A stretch of DNA of 64,000 nt from an uncultured Gammaproteobacteria bacterium (GCA_963773585.1 CAVZBR010000001.1:703882-767881); one strand, 5' to 3'. Positions 48,808 through 59,035 are shown, counted from the stretch's first letter. Notes: a model not told the origin generated them from the letters alone. Numbers and translations are program-made.

Positions 48808-50779
48808 TCTGCGCCTGCGGCGTTACCGGTGGCATGCGTTGGGTCAATGGCGTGGCTTTCCGCCCCATTCGCCTTTCGTAGATCGCGGTATACGCCAGGA
48901 CATTGCGAAGATACTCGCGGGTTTCGTTGTACGGGACGGTTTCTACCCAGATATCCGCGGGTACAGTGTCGTGGGCGGGCAGCCAGGTCTCGACGCGGTA
49001 CGGTCCCGCATTATAGGCGGCCGTGGCCAGGACGGGGTGATCGCCGAAGCGTTGCAGGATCATGCGCAGGTATTCGGTCCCGTAGCGGATGTTGACATCG
49101 GCTTTATACAAATCCGCTACCGCGCGCAGCCGATGGTTGACGGCGCGTGCAACGTGCCGTGCCGTGCTGGGCAACAACTGCATCAGCCCGACGGCGCCTC
49201 GATGGGAATGTGCGTCCGTATTGAACGCACTCTCGCGGCGGATCACAGCGTAAGTCCAGGCATCGTTGATACCCACCGCCTGCGAGCGCGTTTTCACCGT
49301 CTGCAAGTAGGGCAACGGAAAACGCAGGTCGAGGTCGTCCCAGTAGCCGGCGCGGCTGACGGTCAATATTGCCCGGTCATGCCAGCCCCAGTCGTGCGCC
49401 AAGGTCGCGGCCAACTCCAATTCACGGTCGTTGAAGTGCTGCATCGCCGCGTACCATTCGCGGCGAGCGTCCAGCTTGCGATCCAGTACCAACAGCTCGT
49501 GCGCGCGCTGCATCGCCGGGCGCGTCGCGAAGCGACGCAGATCGGTCTGCGAGAATTGCAGCGGTTTGTTATCGAGAGAGTAGGGGATCTGCATGCGATC
49601 GGCGGCAAGAAAGCCTTCGTAGCTCCGCGACTGGGCGATCTCCTTATACAAGCGGTCGGCTGCCGGTTCTTTGCCGCTCGCTTCCAGGGCGCGTGCTCGC
49701 CAATACTTCCATCGGTCCTCGATTTGCTCGGCCGGCGTGAGCTGATCGATCCAATGCAACACGGCGCTCCAATCCTGTTGCGCCAAGGCTGCGCGTACAC
49801 GCCAATAGCGCACATACCGATCGCTGCTGTCGGCCGGAATTTTGGCGAACCAGTCCAGAGCCGCGGCGTCGCCGGCATAGGCGTACGACAGCGCAATCCT
49901 TCGCTGCAAGTGATGCCGTTGATCGGCGTCGAAGGCGAATCGTTGCACTAGCTGTGACCACAATGCCGCAGCTTTTTCCGGGTCCCGGCGCGCCAGTCGG
50001 GCCGTAACGTTGAAGGCGATTTCGCGCGTCCGTCCAGCGGCATCGTGCAAATCGGCATCGGCAATATTTTCCGGATTGCGGTACAGCTCGTACCATGTTT
50101 CCAGCAGCGGTCGTTGCGCCTGAGGGAGGTAGCGGCGCAGATAGCGGGCAAGGCCGACATTGCCTTCGGCCATCGCCAGGCTGATTCGCTGCCAGGCCAA
50201 GTCGGTGCTGATTCCGCCGCTGCCTGCCCATGCGTTCAGGGCATGGTCGCAACTGTCGGGAAGGGAAAACCCGTGCAACCACAGATCCTCGATTCCCTGC
50301 AATGCTTGTTTCCGGCGATGGAGTTCGAGCAACGCATGACGACGCTTGCAGTTGTCGTCGAGCGAATCGTTGGCCCGTGCATGATCGACGTACGCTTGCC
50401 ACTTTCTGTTTTGATACAGGTAAGACAACCAGGCCTGCTTCAGCCGCGGGGCTAGGGGCGTGTTCGCATAATCGTGCAGGAAACTTTTGATTTCGGTGGA
50501 GGGGTTTGTGGCGAGCCGCTTGCGCAGATCGTCGTAAACCAAATAAGGGTAGAGCGGGTAGTTTCGAAGCGAGCGTAGCAAGGATTCATAGACCGCGCGG
50601 TCGCCGCGATCCAGTGCCTGTTCCGCGGCGACGAATTGGTAGCGCGCGCCGGCGAGATGGTCGTCGGCTTGGGCCGGCAACACCGGCAGCACCAACCACA
50701 AGGCGATCAGACGAGGGATCCACTTGCGGCAAAGTTCGAAGGACTCGAGGACCGCAGGCATATGAGAGTTCACATCCAA
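48800..50779 (-). CDS. slt: Soluble lytic murein transglycosylase (Slt70-like)
   Basis: 659 aa with a signal peptide, a superhelical U-domain and a catalytic region ESAFNTDAHSHRGAVGLMQLLPSTA..AAYNAGP. Confidence 0.88.
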   Translation of the reverse strand: MDVNSHMPAVLESFELCRKWIPRLIALWLVLPVLPAQADDHLAGARYQFVAAEQALDRGDRAVYESLLRSLRNYPLYPYLVYDDLRKRLATNPSTEIKSFLHDYANTPLAPRLKQAWLSYLYQNRKWQAYVDHARANDSLDDNCKRRHALLELHRRKQALQGIEDLWLHGFSLPDSCDHALNAWAGSGGISTDLAWQRISLAMAEGNVGLARYLRRYLPQAQRPLLETWYELYRNPENIADADLHDAAGRTREIAFNVTARLARRDPEKAAALWSQLVQRFAFDADQRHHLQRRIALSYAYAGDAAALDWFAKIPADSSDRYVRYWRVRAALAQQDWSAVLHWIDQLTPAEQIEDRWKYWRARALEASGKEPAADRLYKEIAQSRSYEGFLAADRMQIPYSLDNKPLQFSQTDLRRFATRPAMQRAHELLVLDRKLDARREWYAAMQHFNDRELELAATLAHDWGWHDRAILTVSRAGYWDDLDLRFPLPYLQTVKTRSQAVGINDAWTYAVIRRESAFNTDAHSHRGAVGLMQLLPSTARHVARAVNHRLRAVADLYKADVNIRYGTEYLRMILQRFGDHPVLATAAYNAGPYRVETWLPAHDTVPADIWVETVPYNETREYLRNVLAYTAIYERRMGRKATPLTQRMPPVTPQAQNE

Positions 50780-50903
50780 TGATTGTTGGTGTATGCGCCA
50801 GTATGCGCACTTGGCGGAAGGGGTTCAACCGGCACTTTGTCCGGGTGTTTGCTTCCGTTATGATTGCCCGCTGCCGAGTCAATATCCAGGCCGACCATCG
50901 TTC

Positions 50904-51539
50904 ATGGAATCGATCGCTCGAATCCCGCAAATGTTGCTTACCTCGTTGCATGACATGCCATGGCTCTGGGCATCGGGCGGCGTGCTGGCGCTCGTATTGC
51001 TAGCAGTCGTATTGCGCTACCGGCGAACTCGGCAAGCCCGCAGGTTGCGACGCGCGATACGGGCTTTGGGCACCAAGATGATGGCCGAAGTATTGGTGCC
51101 GGATTCGGTTGAAGGTCGCATCCACGCGGACTTTCTGGTGCTCAGCGGCACGCGCATCCTGGTCATCGACGTCAAGGACTACCGTGGCATGCTGTTCGGC
51201 GGCCAGAAAACGGACATCTGGACGCAGGTCGTCGACGGGCGTAGTTATAAGTTTGATAATCCGCTTTATCGCAATCGAGCCCGCGAAGCGGCGGTGCGCG
51301 CTTTGGTGCCTGAGGCGGATGTGCAGGGCGTGGTGGTGTTCACGGACGCCGGCCGATTTCCGAGGCAGCGTCCTGCAGGGGTGTTCATGTTGGCAGGATT
51401 GGCGGCGGAACTGGCGGCGAGCGATGTCCCGGTACCGCCCAATTTGCAGGCCAGTTGGGAGCGCCTCGAGCAACGCGTTACGCGGTCGGCCGAGTACTCG
51501 ACCCGGCGCGCGCGAACTCGGATCGGAAGCGAGGCGTAG
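50904..51539 (+). CDS. NERD-domain protein with N-terminal TM helix
   Basis: Internal ATG of ORF 50793..51539 (MESIARIP..). ADFLVLSGTRILVIDVKDYRG..NPLYRNR matches the NERD pattern. Confidence 0.65.
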   Translation: MESIARIPQMLLTSLHDMPWLWASGGVLALVLLAVVLRYRRTRQARRLRRAIRALGTKMMAEVLVPDSVEGRIHADFLVLSGTRILVIDVKDYRGMLFGGQKTDIWTQVVDGRSYKFDNPLYRNRAREAAVRALVPEADVQGVVVFTDAGRFPRQRPAGVFMLAGLAAELAASDVPVPPNLQASWERLEQRVTRSAEYSTRRARTRIGSEA

Positions 51540-51543
51540 CCGG

Positions 51544-51888
51544 TCAGCCGAACTCCATCCGACCGCGTCGAAGGCGCTTGTATTTGCGCAGCATAATTAT
51601 GGTTTTGCAGATGGTCGGAGGGTCGATCCGTGCGACACGCAAGCCGACCTTCACGGTTACAACGCCTTCTGCACTCGCGCCCTGGGAATTGACTTCAATG
51701 AAGGGGCGCTTTTGCTCCGATGCCGCGCCGCTGCGTTCATCGACCAGGCTCACGATGGTCGCCAGCCAGCGCACCGGCCGCTGTTCGAATATACCTTCGA
51801 ACTCTACCGTCGCCTGGCAGGTATTCGATTGCGGGTGCAGCCGGTAACTGAAGTCTCGGCAGCGTTGTTGGCTAGGCGGGTCCGGCAT
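51544..51888 (-). CDS. Hypothetical basic protein (114 aa)
   Basis: C-terminal part of ORF 51544..52269 from an internal ATG (MPDPPSQQ..). The upstream part collides with a better + strand gene. No family recognised. Confidence 0.4.
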   Translation of the reverse strand: MPDPPSQQRCRDFSYRLHPQSNTCQATVEFEGIFEQRPVRWLATIVSLVDERSGAASEQKRPFIEVNSQGASAEGVVTVKVGLRVARIDPPTICKTIIMLRKYKRLRRGRMEFG

Positions 51889-51995
51889 GTGGTTCGCTAT
51901 GCGCGGTCGGTTGCGGACCCACGCCCGGCAACAGTAATGTAGGAAGCGGTGAATGCACGCTTGCAGTATAAACGACGCTCCGGGCTCCGAGCAGC

Positions 51996-52229
51996 ATGAA
52001 TCAGTCCTACACTGAGCTGTGCTTCCGGCTCGACTTGTCCAGTCAGCAATATGTGGCGTACTACGCCGGGCAGGCGCGTTCGATTCAGGCGCTGAGCACG
52101 AATGGTCGGCGCGTGCGCTTTCCGGCCAGCATTTTACGTCCTTACGTGCGGCCGGACGGAGTGCACGGGCTGTTTGCGCTGCGAATCGATGCCAATCGAA
52201 TATTGGACGTGCGGCGCCTCGATGCCTGA
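51996..52229 (+). CDS. DUF2835-like small protein
   Basis: 77 aa; FRLDLSSQQYVAYYAGQARSIQA..RVRFPASILRPYVRPDGVHGLF resembles my recollection of DUF2835. Confidence 0.5.
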   Translation: MNQSYTELCFRLDLSSQQYVAYYAGQARSIQALSTNGRRVRFPASILRPYVRPDGVHGLFALRIDANRILDVRRLDA

Positions 52230-52259
52230 TGGAGGCGCAGGCGCGGAGGAAACGGAATC

Positions 52260-52613
52260 GTGAAGGCACCCAATATCACGACTGCGATACCCAAGCGGCG
52301 TTATGTGATCGGTGAGTTCAACAGCGTGCTATTGGCGGAGATTGAATCAACCGACCCAAACCGCTATCAGTACGTGTTCGCGGCTGTGCGGGAAGGCGAC
52401 AAAGCCCCGCTGATGTACGTGATCTGTGAGCGTGCATCGCGAGCGCAGCGCGACCAGGGCTCCCACAGGCTGCGGGTATTGACCGGTAACGCGGAGAAGG
52501 ATTTGGGCGTCTCCGATCGCTGGCGTGACGAAGAGGCATTTGCCGACGAGGCGCTCGATATTGTACGCAAAACCCTGATGCTCACCGATGAGCCCGTCGC
52601 GCGAGTGATGTGA
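52260..52613 (+). CDS. Hypothetical protein (117 aa)
   Basis: GTG-start ORF with coding-like composition. Its stop overlaps the start of the next gene (GTGA). Confidence 0.45.
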   Translation: MKAPNITTAIPKRRYVIGEFNSVLLAEIESTDPNRYQYVFAAVREGDKAPLMYVICERASRAQRDQGSHRLRVLTGNAEKDLGVSDRWRDEEAFADEALDIVRKTLMLTDEPVARVM

Positions 52614-53689
52614 CAATGATGCAGGCAATGCGGAGCCGGGAGCCGCGCCGGTTGAAAGCGTTCGCGGTAATTCTCGATTTGCTTCTGCTGTCCGCACTGT
52701 TGCTTCCGCTGTCCGGGCACGGCGCGGACGATATTCTGCAACCGGGTTTCGATGACAGTCCCTTGAAGAAACCGGTAAAGATCCCGGCGTGGTTCAAGGT
52801 GAGTTTTCTCGATGTGCGCGACGACGTCAAAGATGTCGCCGACGAAGGCAAGCGTGGCCTCATCATTTATTTCGGCCAAGAGTACTGCCCGTATTGCAAG
52901 GCACTGCTGGAACGGGATTTCGGCCAGGCAGACATCAAAACCTACACGCAGCGTCATTTCGACATCATTGCCATCGACACCCGCGGCAGTCGTTTGGTCA
53001 CTGGCCTGGACGGCAAGGTGCTGCCGGAACGCGATTATGCAGCCAAATACGAAGCCCAGCTGACGCCGACTCTGGTGTTCTTCGATCCCGAGGGCAAACA
53101 GGTATTGCGCTTGGTTGGCTACCATCCGCCGTACGAGTTGAGAGCCGCTTTGGAGTTCGTAGCCGACGCCCATTACCGGCAAGAGAGTTTTCCACACTAT
53201 CTCGCCCGCGGCGAACCGGCGCTGCACGGCGAGGGTGAACTCAACCACGAGTCTTTTTTTTCCCCACCTCCCTACGCTTTGGACCGTTCCGAAATTGCTG
53301 CCCAGCAGCCATTGCTGGTGGTTTTCGAGCAGCCGGAATGTCATGCCTGCGATGTATTGCACGCCGGGCCGTTCAACAACGACCAAACCCGCGAATTGCT
53401 GCGCAAGTTCGACGTGATACAACTCAACCGGCTCGCACCGACGCCGGTGATTACCCCAGGAGGGCAGCGCACTACGGCACAGAAATGGGCCAAAGCGCTG
53501 GGTCTCTACTACGCGCCGACCCTGGTCTTCTACGATCTGCGCGGCAAGGAGATCATTCGCGTGTCATCGGTGGTGCACTTCAACCGCCTGCGTGGCGTAC
53601 TCCGCTATGTCCTCGAAAAGGGGTATCTGAAGTACAAAAACTATCAGGATTGGCGGGAACACAGCCCCTTGGGTGCCGCTGCTTCGTGA
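52610..53689 (+). CDS. Periplasmic thioredoxin-fold protein with two CxxC motifs
   Basis: 359 aa with a signal/anchor. Two thioredoxin-like halves carry CPYC and CHAC, each followed by YAPTLVF / LTPTLVFFD segments. Confidence 0.65.
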   Translation: MTMMQAMRSREPRRLKAFAVILDLLLLSALLLPLSGHGADDILQPGFDDSPLKKPVKIPAWFKVSFLDVRDDVKDVADEGKRGLIIYFGQEYCPYCKALLERDFGQADIKTYTQRHFDIIAIDTRGSRLVTGLDGKVLPERDYAAKYEAQLTPTLVFFDPEGKQVLRLVGYHPPYELRAALEFVADAHYRQESFPHYLARGEPALHGEGELNHESFFSPPPYALDRSEIAAQQPLLVVFEQPECHACDVLHAGPFNNDQTRELLRKFDVIQLNRLAPTPVITPGGQRTTAQKWAKALGLYYAPTLVFYDLRGKEIIRVSSVVHFNRLRGVLRYVLEKGYLKYKNYQDWREHSPLGAAAS

Positions 53690-53787
53690 GACCGCTTGCA
53701 AACCCTCGGCAGTTACATCATATATAACGTGTGGGGTGCCGCGCTGGGACTAGGCGATGCGCCTCGGGTCCAAGCGGTTGCTCAACC

Positions 53788-55986
53788 ATGGTGCGCGTGA
53801 AGGAAAAGGACGCCGGTCAGCTCGGCGTCAACCAATTCGATACCGAAGCCTGGCTGCGGGACATTTGCGCGGGGCGAGCTGAGACCGAGTGCGCGTTGAT
53901 TCGGGAAGCGGCTCGGGTGGCCTCCGAAGCGCACCAAGGACAGACCCGCGCCTCCGGCGAACCTTACGTCCGGCACGTATATTCGGTCGCGGAAATCCTC
54001 GCAGACCTCGCCCTCGACCACGAAACCATTGCCGCTGCGTTGCTTCACGATGTCGTCGAAGACACCAACGTAACCCTGGAACAGTTGCAGAGTCTGTTCG
54101 GGGATTCGGTAACGCGGTTGGTGGACGGCGTGACCAAAATGGCGCTCATCCAACAATATCCCGAGCAGAGCACCGCTTCGCGCCGGGAGTGGTCGAACGC
54201 CGAAAGCTTGCGCAAGATGCTGCTGGCGATGGTCGACGACGTGCGGGTGGTGCTGATCAAGCTGGCCGATCGCCTGCACAACATGCGCACGCTTTCCCAC
54301 CTGAGCGAGGAACGTCAGCGCCGCATTGCACGGGAGACGCTGGACATATTCGCGCCGCTGGCCAATCGGCTCGGCATCTGGCAATTGAAGTGGGAATTGG
54401 AGGACCTCGCGCTGCGTTACCTGGAGCCGGCGTCCTACAAGCGCATTGCGCTGTTATTGGACGAACGGCGCGTCGATCGTGCCCGTTATATCGAGCACGT
54501 GGTAGCGGTACTGCAGCAGGAACTTGCTGAGGCGGGTATCCGCGCCGAAGTTACCGGCCGACCCAAGCACATCTACAGCATCTGGAAAAAAATGCAGCGT
54601 AAGGGCGTCGACTTCGAAGACATTTTCGATGTTCGCGCAGTGCGCGTATTCGTCTACAGCCTTGCCGACTGCTACGGCGCTCTCGGCGTAGTACACACCT
54701 TGTGGCAGCATATTCCCAAGGAGTTCGACGATTACATTGCCACGCCTAAAGAAAACCAGTACCAGTCTCTGCACACCGCCGTGGTGGGGCCCGAAGGGCG
54801 CAACCTGGAGGTGCAGATCCGCACCCACGAGATGCATGCACATGCGGAACTCGGCGTCGCGGCCCATTGGCGCTACAAGGAAGGCGCGCGTTTCGATGCC
54901 GGTTTTGAGCAGAAGATCGCCTGGCTGCGCCAGATTCTGGAGTGGAAGGAAGAGGAGGCCAGTGCGGGCGAGTTTCTCGATCGTTTCAAAGGCGAAGTGT
55001 TCGAAGAACGGGTCTACGTGCTCACCCCCATGGGCAACGTCGTAGACCTGCCCGCCGGGGCGACGCCGTTGGATTTTGCCTACCACATCCACACGGATGT
55101 CGGTCATCGCTGCCGGGGTGCAAAAGTCAACGGCAGTATCGTGCCTTTGACCTATGAACTGAAAAGCGGCGAGCAGGTGGAGATTCTCACCACCCGCACC
55201 GGCACCCCCAGCCGCGACTGGCTCAATCCGCATCTGGGTTATCTGAAAAGTTCCCGAGCCCGCGCCAAGGCCCGTAGCTGGTTCAAACAGCAGGATCTGG
55301 ACAAGAACACCGCAGCCGGCCGCACTACCCTGGAGCGCGAGTTGCACCGTTTGGGCGTGGTCGACTTGAATTTCGAACGCTTGGCGCGGCGTTTCCGCTT
55401 CGAACGTCTGGATGATTTCCTCGCCGCCATTGGCCGCGGCGAAATCACATCCAATCAGATCGCCGCCGAAGCCCAGGAACAAGCTCCGGCGCCGGCCAAG
55501 GACAAGGTGCGGCCCGCCCGGGTACGGCGTGAGGGACTGCCGGGCGACGTCAAGATCCAGGGCGTCGGCAATCTACTGACCCACATTGCCCGCTGCTGTA
55601 AGCCCGTGCCGCAGGATTCGATCCTGGGCTACATCACCCGTGGCCATGGCGTCACCATTCACCGCAGCGACTGTCCAAACATTCTGCGCATGCAAAATCA
55701 CGCGCGTGAGCGGTTGATCGAGGTGTCGTGGGGCGGCACGCCGGAGTCGGTCTACACCGTTGATGTGCAGGTCGTCGCCTACGATCGGCAGGGGCTGCTG
55801 CGCGACGTGACCTCGATATTGTCGAACGAAAAGATCAATGTCATCGCGTTCAACACGGTCACTGACAAGGCCAATTTGGCGCATATGCGCTTGTCGATGG
55901 AGATCAGCGATCTGCGCCAACTGAGTCGGTTGCTCGACAAGATCGGACAGTTGCCCAACGTGATCGAGGCGCGCCGCAACGGTTGA
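53788..55986 (+). CDS. relA: RelA/SpoT-family (p)ppGpp synthetase, RelA-like
   Basis: ORF 53731..55986 with a likely start MVRVKEKDAG. HD-region LLHDVVEDT, synthetase region YIATPKENQYQSLHT, TGS and ACT domains. N-terminus and MLLAMVDDVRVVLIKLADRL resemble RelA. Confidence 0.8.
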   Translation: MVRVKEKDAGQLGVNQFDTEAWLRDICAGRAETECALIREAARVASEAHQGQTRASGEPYVRHVYSVAEILADLALDHETIAAALLHDVVEDTNVTLEQLQSLFGDSVTRLVDGVTKMALIQQYPEQSTASRREWSNAESLRKMLLAMVDDVRVVLIKLADRLHNMRTLSHLSEERQRRIARETLDIFAPLANRLGIWQLKWELEDLALRYLEPASYKRIALLLDERRVDRARYIEHVVAVLQQELAEAGIRAEVTGRPKHIYSIWKKMQRKGVDFEDIFDVRAVRVFVYSLADCYGALGVVHTLWQHIPKEFDDYIATPKENQYQSLHTAVVGPEGRNLEVQIRTHEMHAHAELGVAAHWRYKEGARFDAGFEQKIAWLRQILEWKEEEASAGEFLDRFKGEVFEERVYVLTPMGNVVDLPAGATPLDFAYHIHTDVGHRCRGAKVNGSIVPLTYELKSGEQVEILTTRTGTPSRDWLNPHLGYLKSSRARAKARSWFKQQDLDKNTAAGRTTLERELHRLGVVDLNFERLARRFRFERLDDFLAAIGRGEITSNQIAAEAQEQAPAPAKDKVRPARVRREGLPGDVKIQGVGNLLTHIARCCKPVPQDSILGYITRGHGVTIHRSDCPNILRMQNHARERLIEVSWGGTPESVYTVDVQVVAYDRQGLLRDVTSILSNEKINVIAFNTVTDKANLAHMRLSMEISDLRQLSRLLDKIGQLPNVIEARRNG

Positions 55987-55996
55987 CCCGAAGACG

Positions 55997-56073
55997 TGGT
56001 GCCCTTGGCAGGATTCGAACCTGCGACCTACCGCTTAGGAGGCGATTGCTCTATCCAGCTGAGCTACAAGGGC
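55997..56073 (-). tRNA. tRNA-Arg (anticodon CCU)
   Basis: Manual cloverleaf: acceptor gcccttg/caagggc, anticodon stem atcgc/gcggt, loop cuCCUaa, T-loop ttcgaat, encoded CCA. Confidence 0.9.
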
Positions 56074-56126
56074 CGGGTGATCGATTATCAAAGAAAAGCG
56101 GGCGCGGACGCCCGCGGCGGGGAATT

Positions 56127-56202
<76 letters not shown>

Positions 56203-56273
56203 GTAAGTCTGCCGAATCCGTCAGCAGCGCTCTATTCTAACACCCCGATCCCGGGCGTCGCCATCCGCTGCCG

Positions 56274-56975
56274 CTAATCGCGCGGCTGTTTGCGGATCAA
56301 TTCCCTTTGCAAGTCGGCGACCAGACGCGACAACGCCTTGCGCCGCTGCGGCTGCAGTTCCACGAACCGGCCGCCGATGCGTACACGCGCTTGATCCTGG
56401 GTGGCACTGCAGTGGCGCACTTCGAGTTTGCAGCCTACCTGGCGGCCGTCCGGCAGCCGCATTTGGCAGGGTACGATCTCGCCGGGGCGCAAGCTGACGG
56501 ATTGGCTGAATTCGACGCCGATGCCACCCTCGGACAAATCGAGAATGCGGCCCCGCAGCGAACGACCTTCGCCGCGCTCGAAGATCGCGGCAATGGGGGC
56601 GGTCATGCTGACTTTGACCCGGAAGCTGGTGCGCCGTTGCACGTACAGCACTTCTTTGGGGAAAGGCAGTCGATAATAGGCAATGCCGGACGAGTCGCCG
56701 ATTTCCTCCAGATCACTGCTGAAGCGGGTTTCGATACCTTGGACCGCGGCACTGGCGTTCAGGCGTCGTACCTCGATCAAACGTTCGTGGCCCCGGCGCG
56801 GATTGAGCTCATCCAGGATCAAGAAATCCTGTGCCAGGTCCAGGCGCAATATGGCGCTGTTGTAGCTACTGCGAAATCCCGGCAGGGTCACGCGCAGCAG
56901 CGCGCGCTGGTCCGCGATCCGGCGCAGCAGGCTGGCAATAATTTGCGGGTCGCGGATGGTGTCGCCTTGGGCCAA
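56274..56975 (-). CDS. ycgR: YcgR/FlgZ-like c-di-GMP-binding flagellar brake protein (PilZN + PilZ)
   Basis: 233 aa with PilZ motifs QRRTSFRV and DLSEGGIGV. Located next to flgN-flgM-flgA as flgZ is in Pseudomonas. Confidence 0.8.
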   Translation of the reverse strand: MAQGDTIRDPQIIASLLRRIADQRALLRVTLPGFRSSYNSAILRLDLAQDFLILDELNPRRGHERLIEVRRLNASAAVQGIETRFSSDLEEIGDSSGIAYYRLPFPKEVLYVQRRTSFRVKVSMTAPIAAIFERGEGRSLRGRILDLSEGGIGVEFSQSVSLRPGEIVPCQMRLPDGRQVGCKLEVRHCSATQDQARVRIGGRFVELQPQRRKALSRLVADLQRELIRKQPRD

Positions 56976-57207
56976 CGGGATTTACCTCACTAACGAACGG
57001 CTCGCGGCCGGTCCTAACCAATACGCATTCGGGCGCGGTCAGCTCCTGATGGTGGTTGTCGGCAGCAGCAGGTAAATGGTTGAGCGAATATGGCACGCTG
57101 ACGCAGCGCAGGGCGCCTTATCGAAGAAGGGGATTGGAGATTGATCCGTATTCGGTCGGGTGCTGGCCGGCGTTGCGACCGGTCGCCCGCATTGCGCGAT
57201 AGCCTGA

Positions 57208-57684
57208 TCAGGCCTTTGCCAATACGCGGCTGAATGCGGCGGCCTGGCTTTCACCGCTGGCACCATAGGTGACGGTTTGCGACGATTGTCCGTGGAGCGC
57301 CGCCAGTGCCTGGCGCAAATGTTGTCGGCTCAACTCCACCACTGCGCCGTTGCTCAGGTTGGCGTCGCGACATTGCCCGGTGATTTCCAGCAGACTCGCC
57401 CAGCGTTTGCGCAACCGGCCGCCGTGGTCGAAGCGGCTGATGAACGTTTCCAAACCGCCGCGGGATGCGGGGCAGCCACTGCTCTGCAACAACGCACAGC
57501 GCTGGTTGTGCAGGCTTTCCATGCGACTGACCAAGCCTTGCTTACGTTGCGCCGCCTGTTCCAGTGCGTCCGGATCCCGCCCCAGCGCTTGGGTCTCGTC
57601 CCGCAGCGTCTCGAACAGCGTTCGCGCCGTTTCGATCTCCTGGTCCATCAATTTCGCCAACTGCGGTCCCGGGTGCGTGCTCAT
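57208..57684 (-). CDS. flgN: Flagellar export chaperone FlgN
   Basis: 158 aa, helical, with a FlgN-like N-terminus (LMDQEIETARTLFETLRDETQAL). Directly downstream of flgM. Confidence 0.8.
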   Translation of the reverse strand: MSTHPGPQLAKLMDQEIETARTLFETLRDETQALGRDPDALEQAAQRKQGLVSRMESLHNQRCALLQSSGCPASRGGLETFISRFDHGGRLRKRWASLLEITGQCRDANLSNGAVVELSRQHLRQALAALHGQSSQTVTYGASGESQAAAFSRVLAKA

Positions 57685-57698
57685 GAGCGTTGCCGTTC

Positions 57699-58016
57699 TC
57701 AGTTGTTGGGTAGATAGGCTTCGAATTGCGTCAATTTGTGGGCCACCGCCCGGTTGTCGACGGTATAGGTCCCGTCATTGACGCTCTCACGCACCGAATC
57801 CACCCGTTTCGTGTCGACCACCGGAACGTCGCGGATCTCGCTTTCCAAGCGGGACAACTGGCGCCCGGTATCCGTCAGGTTGACCGAATCGACTCGCGCC
57901 GGGTTCTGGGAAGGCTCGGGTTGAGAATGATTGGTACTGTTGCTCGCCGACGAAACCTGTCCGGTTTCCGTCCCCTGGCTGCAGGGCCCGTTTAACCTAT
58001 TGATTTCTATAGCCAT
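57699..58016 (-). CDS. flgM: Anti-sigma-28 factor FlgM
   Basis: 105 aa with C-terminal VDTKRVDSVRESVNDGTYTVDNRAVAHKL, typical of FlgM. Confidence 0.85.
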   Translation of the reverse strand: MAIEINRLNGPCSQGTETGQVSSASNSTNHSQPEPSQNPARVDSVNLTDTGRQLSRLESEIRDVPVVDTKRVDSVRESVNDGTYTVDNRAVAHKLTQFEAYLPNN

Positions 58017-58057
58017 TGAAAATGCTCCTCGGTAACTAATGTACCTTTCCGCACTCT

Positions 58058-58084
58058 GTAACGGCTATTCGCATTAGAACTTTA
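58058..58084 (-). promoter_or_regulatory. Sigma-28 (FliA)-type promoter upstream of flgM
   Basis: The minus strand reads TAAAGTTC-N11-GCCGTTAC against consensus TAAAGTTT-N11-GCCGATAA. It ends about 41 nt upstream of the flgM ATG. Confidence 0.55.
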
Positions 58085-58159
58085 ACGTATGGATGTGGAG
58101 TAGTTCACTCAAGTTTAACACCGCCGCCACGGGCTGTCCCGGCGGCACGCGGCTGGCGC

Positions 58160-58891
58160 TCAAATCCGAATTTTAACCACGCCCTCCGCCACGACTTCGC
58201 CTTCAACGACGCGATTGGAGCGGCTGTTGCGCACCTGGATCCGGTCCCCGGCCGCACCGTCGCTCAAGGCCGTGCCGGCCATCCGCACTTCGATGCCGCC
58301 GGCTTCGGCGTGCAGGGTAACCTGCTGCCCGCGTTTGACCAGTTTCGGGGCCTGCAGTTGATCGGGTTGCACGACTGCGCCGTTGACGTAGCTCCGCTTC
58401 AACACTTTTCCGGTCGCCGACTGCACCTGGGTCAGATAGCCATAGGCTAGTTTGGATAAGTCCTTGCGTTGCAGGCGCAGATCGGCCGGGCGGAGTTGGT
58501 CGCCGCGGTTGACGGCGCGGGCTGCAACCACCACGTCGCCGAATACCACTACTTGAGCGGTGACATATAACGTCCACGGTTTGCGGTCGTCGCAGCGGAT
58601 GCCGACGCTGGTCGCTCCGACGCGCGGCCGACCACCGACGGCAAAGGCCTGCAGGGGGGCGTCGCATTGCCGCAGGCGCAAGCGCGGATCGAGCCTTCCG
58701 ATCTCGATTCGCGCATCTTTCTGCTGCAACGGGTCGAGCCGCGCCGTCAGGAACTGCTTGGCGCGGGCGCGGATGCTATCCGTCGACTGTATCGCCGCAC
58801 GTTCGCCGTGCGCCCCGAAGCTGCAGAACGCGGCTGCCAGAAGCGGAGCCGCCAACCACATGTTTTGGTAGATCAACAATTTAATACCCAA
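58160..58891 (-). CDS. flgA: Flagellar basal-body P-ring formation chaperone FlgA
   Basis: 243 aa with a signal peptide, a SAF-like segment (AARAVNRGDQLRPADL) and C-terminal GDRIQVRNSRSNRVVEGEV. Confidence 0.85.
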   Translation of the reverse strand: MGIKLLIYQNMWLAAPLLAAAFCSFGAHGERAAIQSTDSIRARAKQFLTARLDPLQQKDARIEIGRLDPRLRLRQCDAPLQAFAVGGRPRVGATSVGIRCDDRKPWTLYVTAQVVVFGDVVVAARAVNRGDQLRPADLRLQRKDLSKLAYGYLTQVQSATGKVLKRSYVNGAVVQPDQLQAPKLVKRGQQVTLHAEAGGIEVRMAGTALSDGAAGDRIQVRNSRSNRVVEGEVVAEGVVKIRI

Positions 58892-58980
58892 CTCCCGATC
58901 CGGTTCCCCAGCGTCAGAGATCCGACATCTCGGTCACATTCGGGACTTTACCAGCAAGTCTCGTGCCGACGAGGGCGGCC

Positions 58981-59008
58981 TCAAGCTTCCGCGGGCTGCG
59001 GCCGATAA
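58981..59008 (+). promoter_or_regulatory. Possible sigma-28-type promoter upstream of cheV
   Basis: TCAAGCTT-N12-GCCGATAA has a perfect -10, a weaker -35 and a spacer 1 nt longer than consensus. It ends 27 nt before the cheV ATG. Confidence 0.4.
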
Positions 59009-59035
59009 GCCACCAAAGCAACGATAAATCTGGAG

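Noticed and set aside
51889-52269. Upstream 127 codons of ORF 51544..52269
   Set aside because: This part overlaps the better-supported DUF2835-like gene on the + strand and has Arg/Cys/Ser-rich composition. Only the C-terminal 114 codons were kept, at low confidence.
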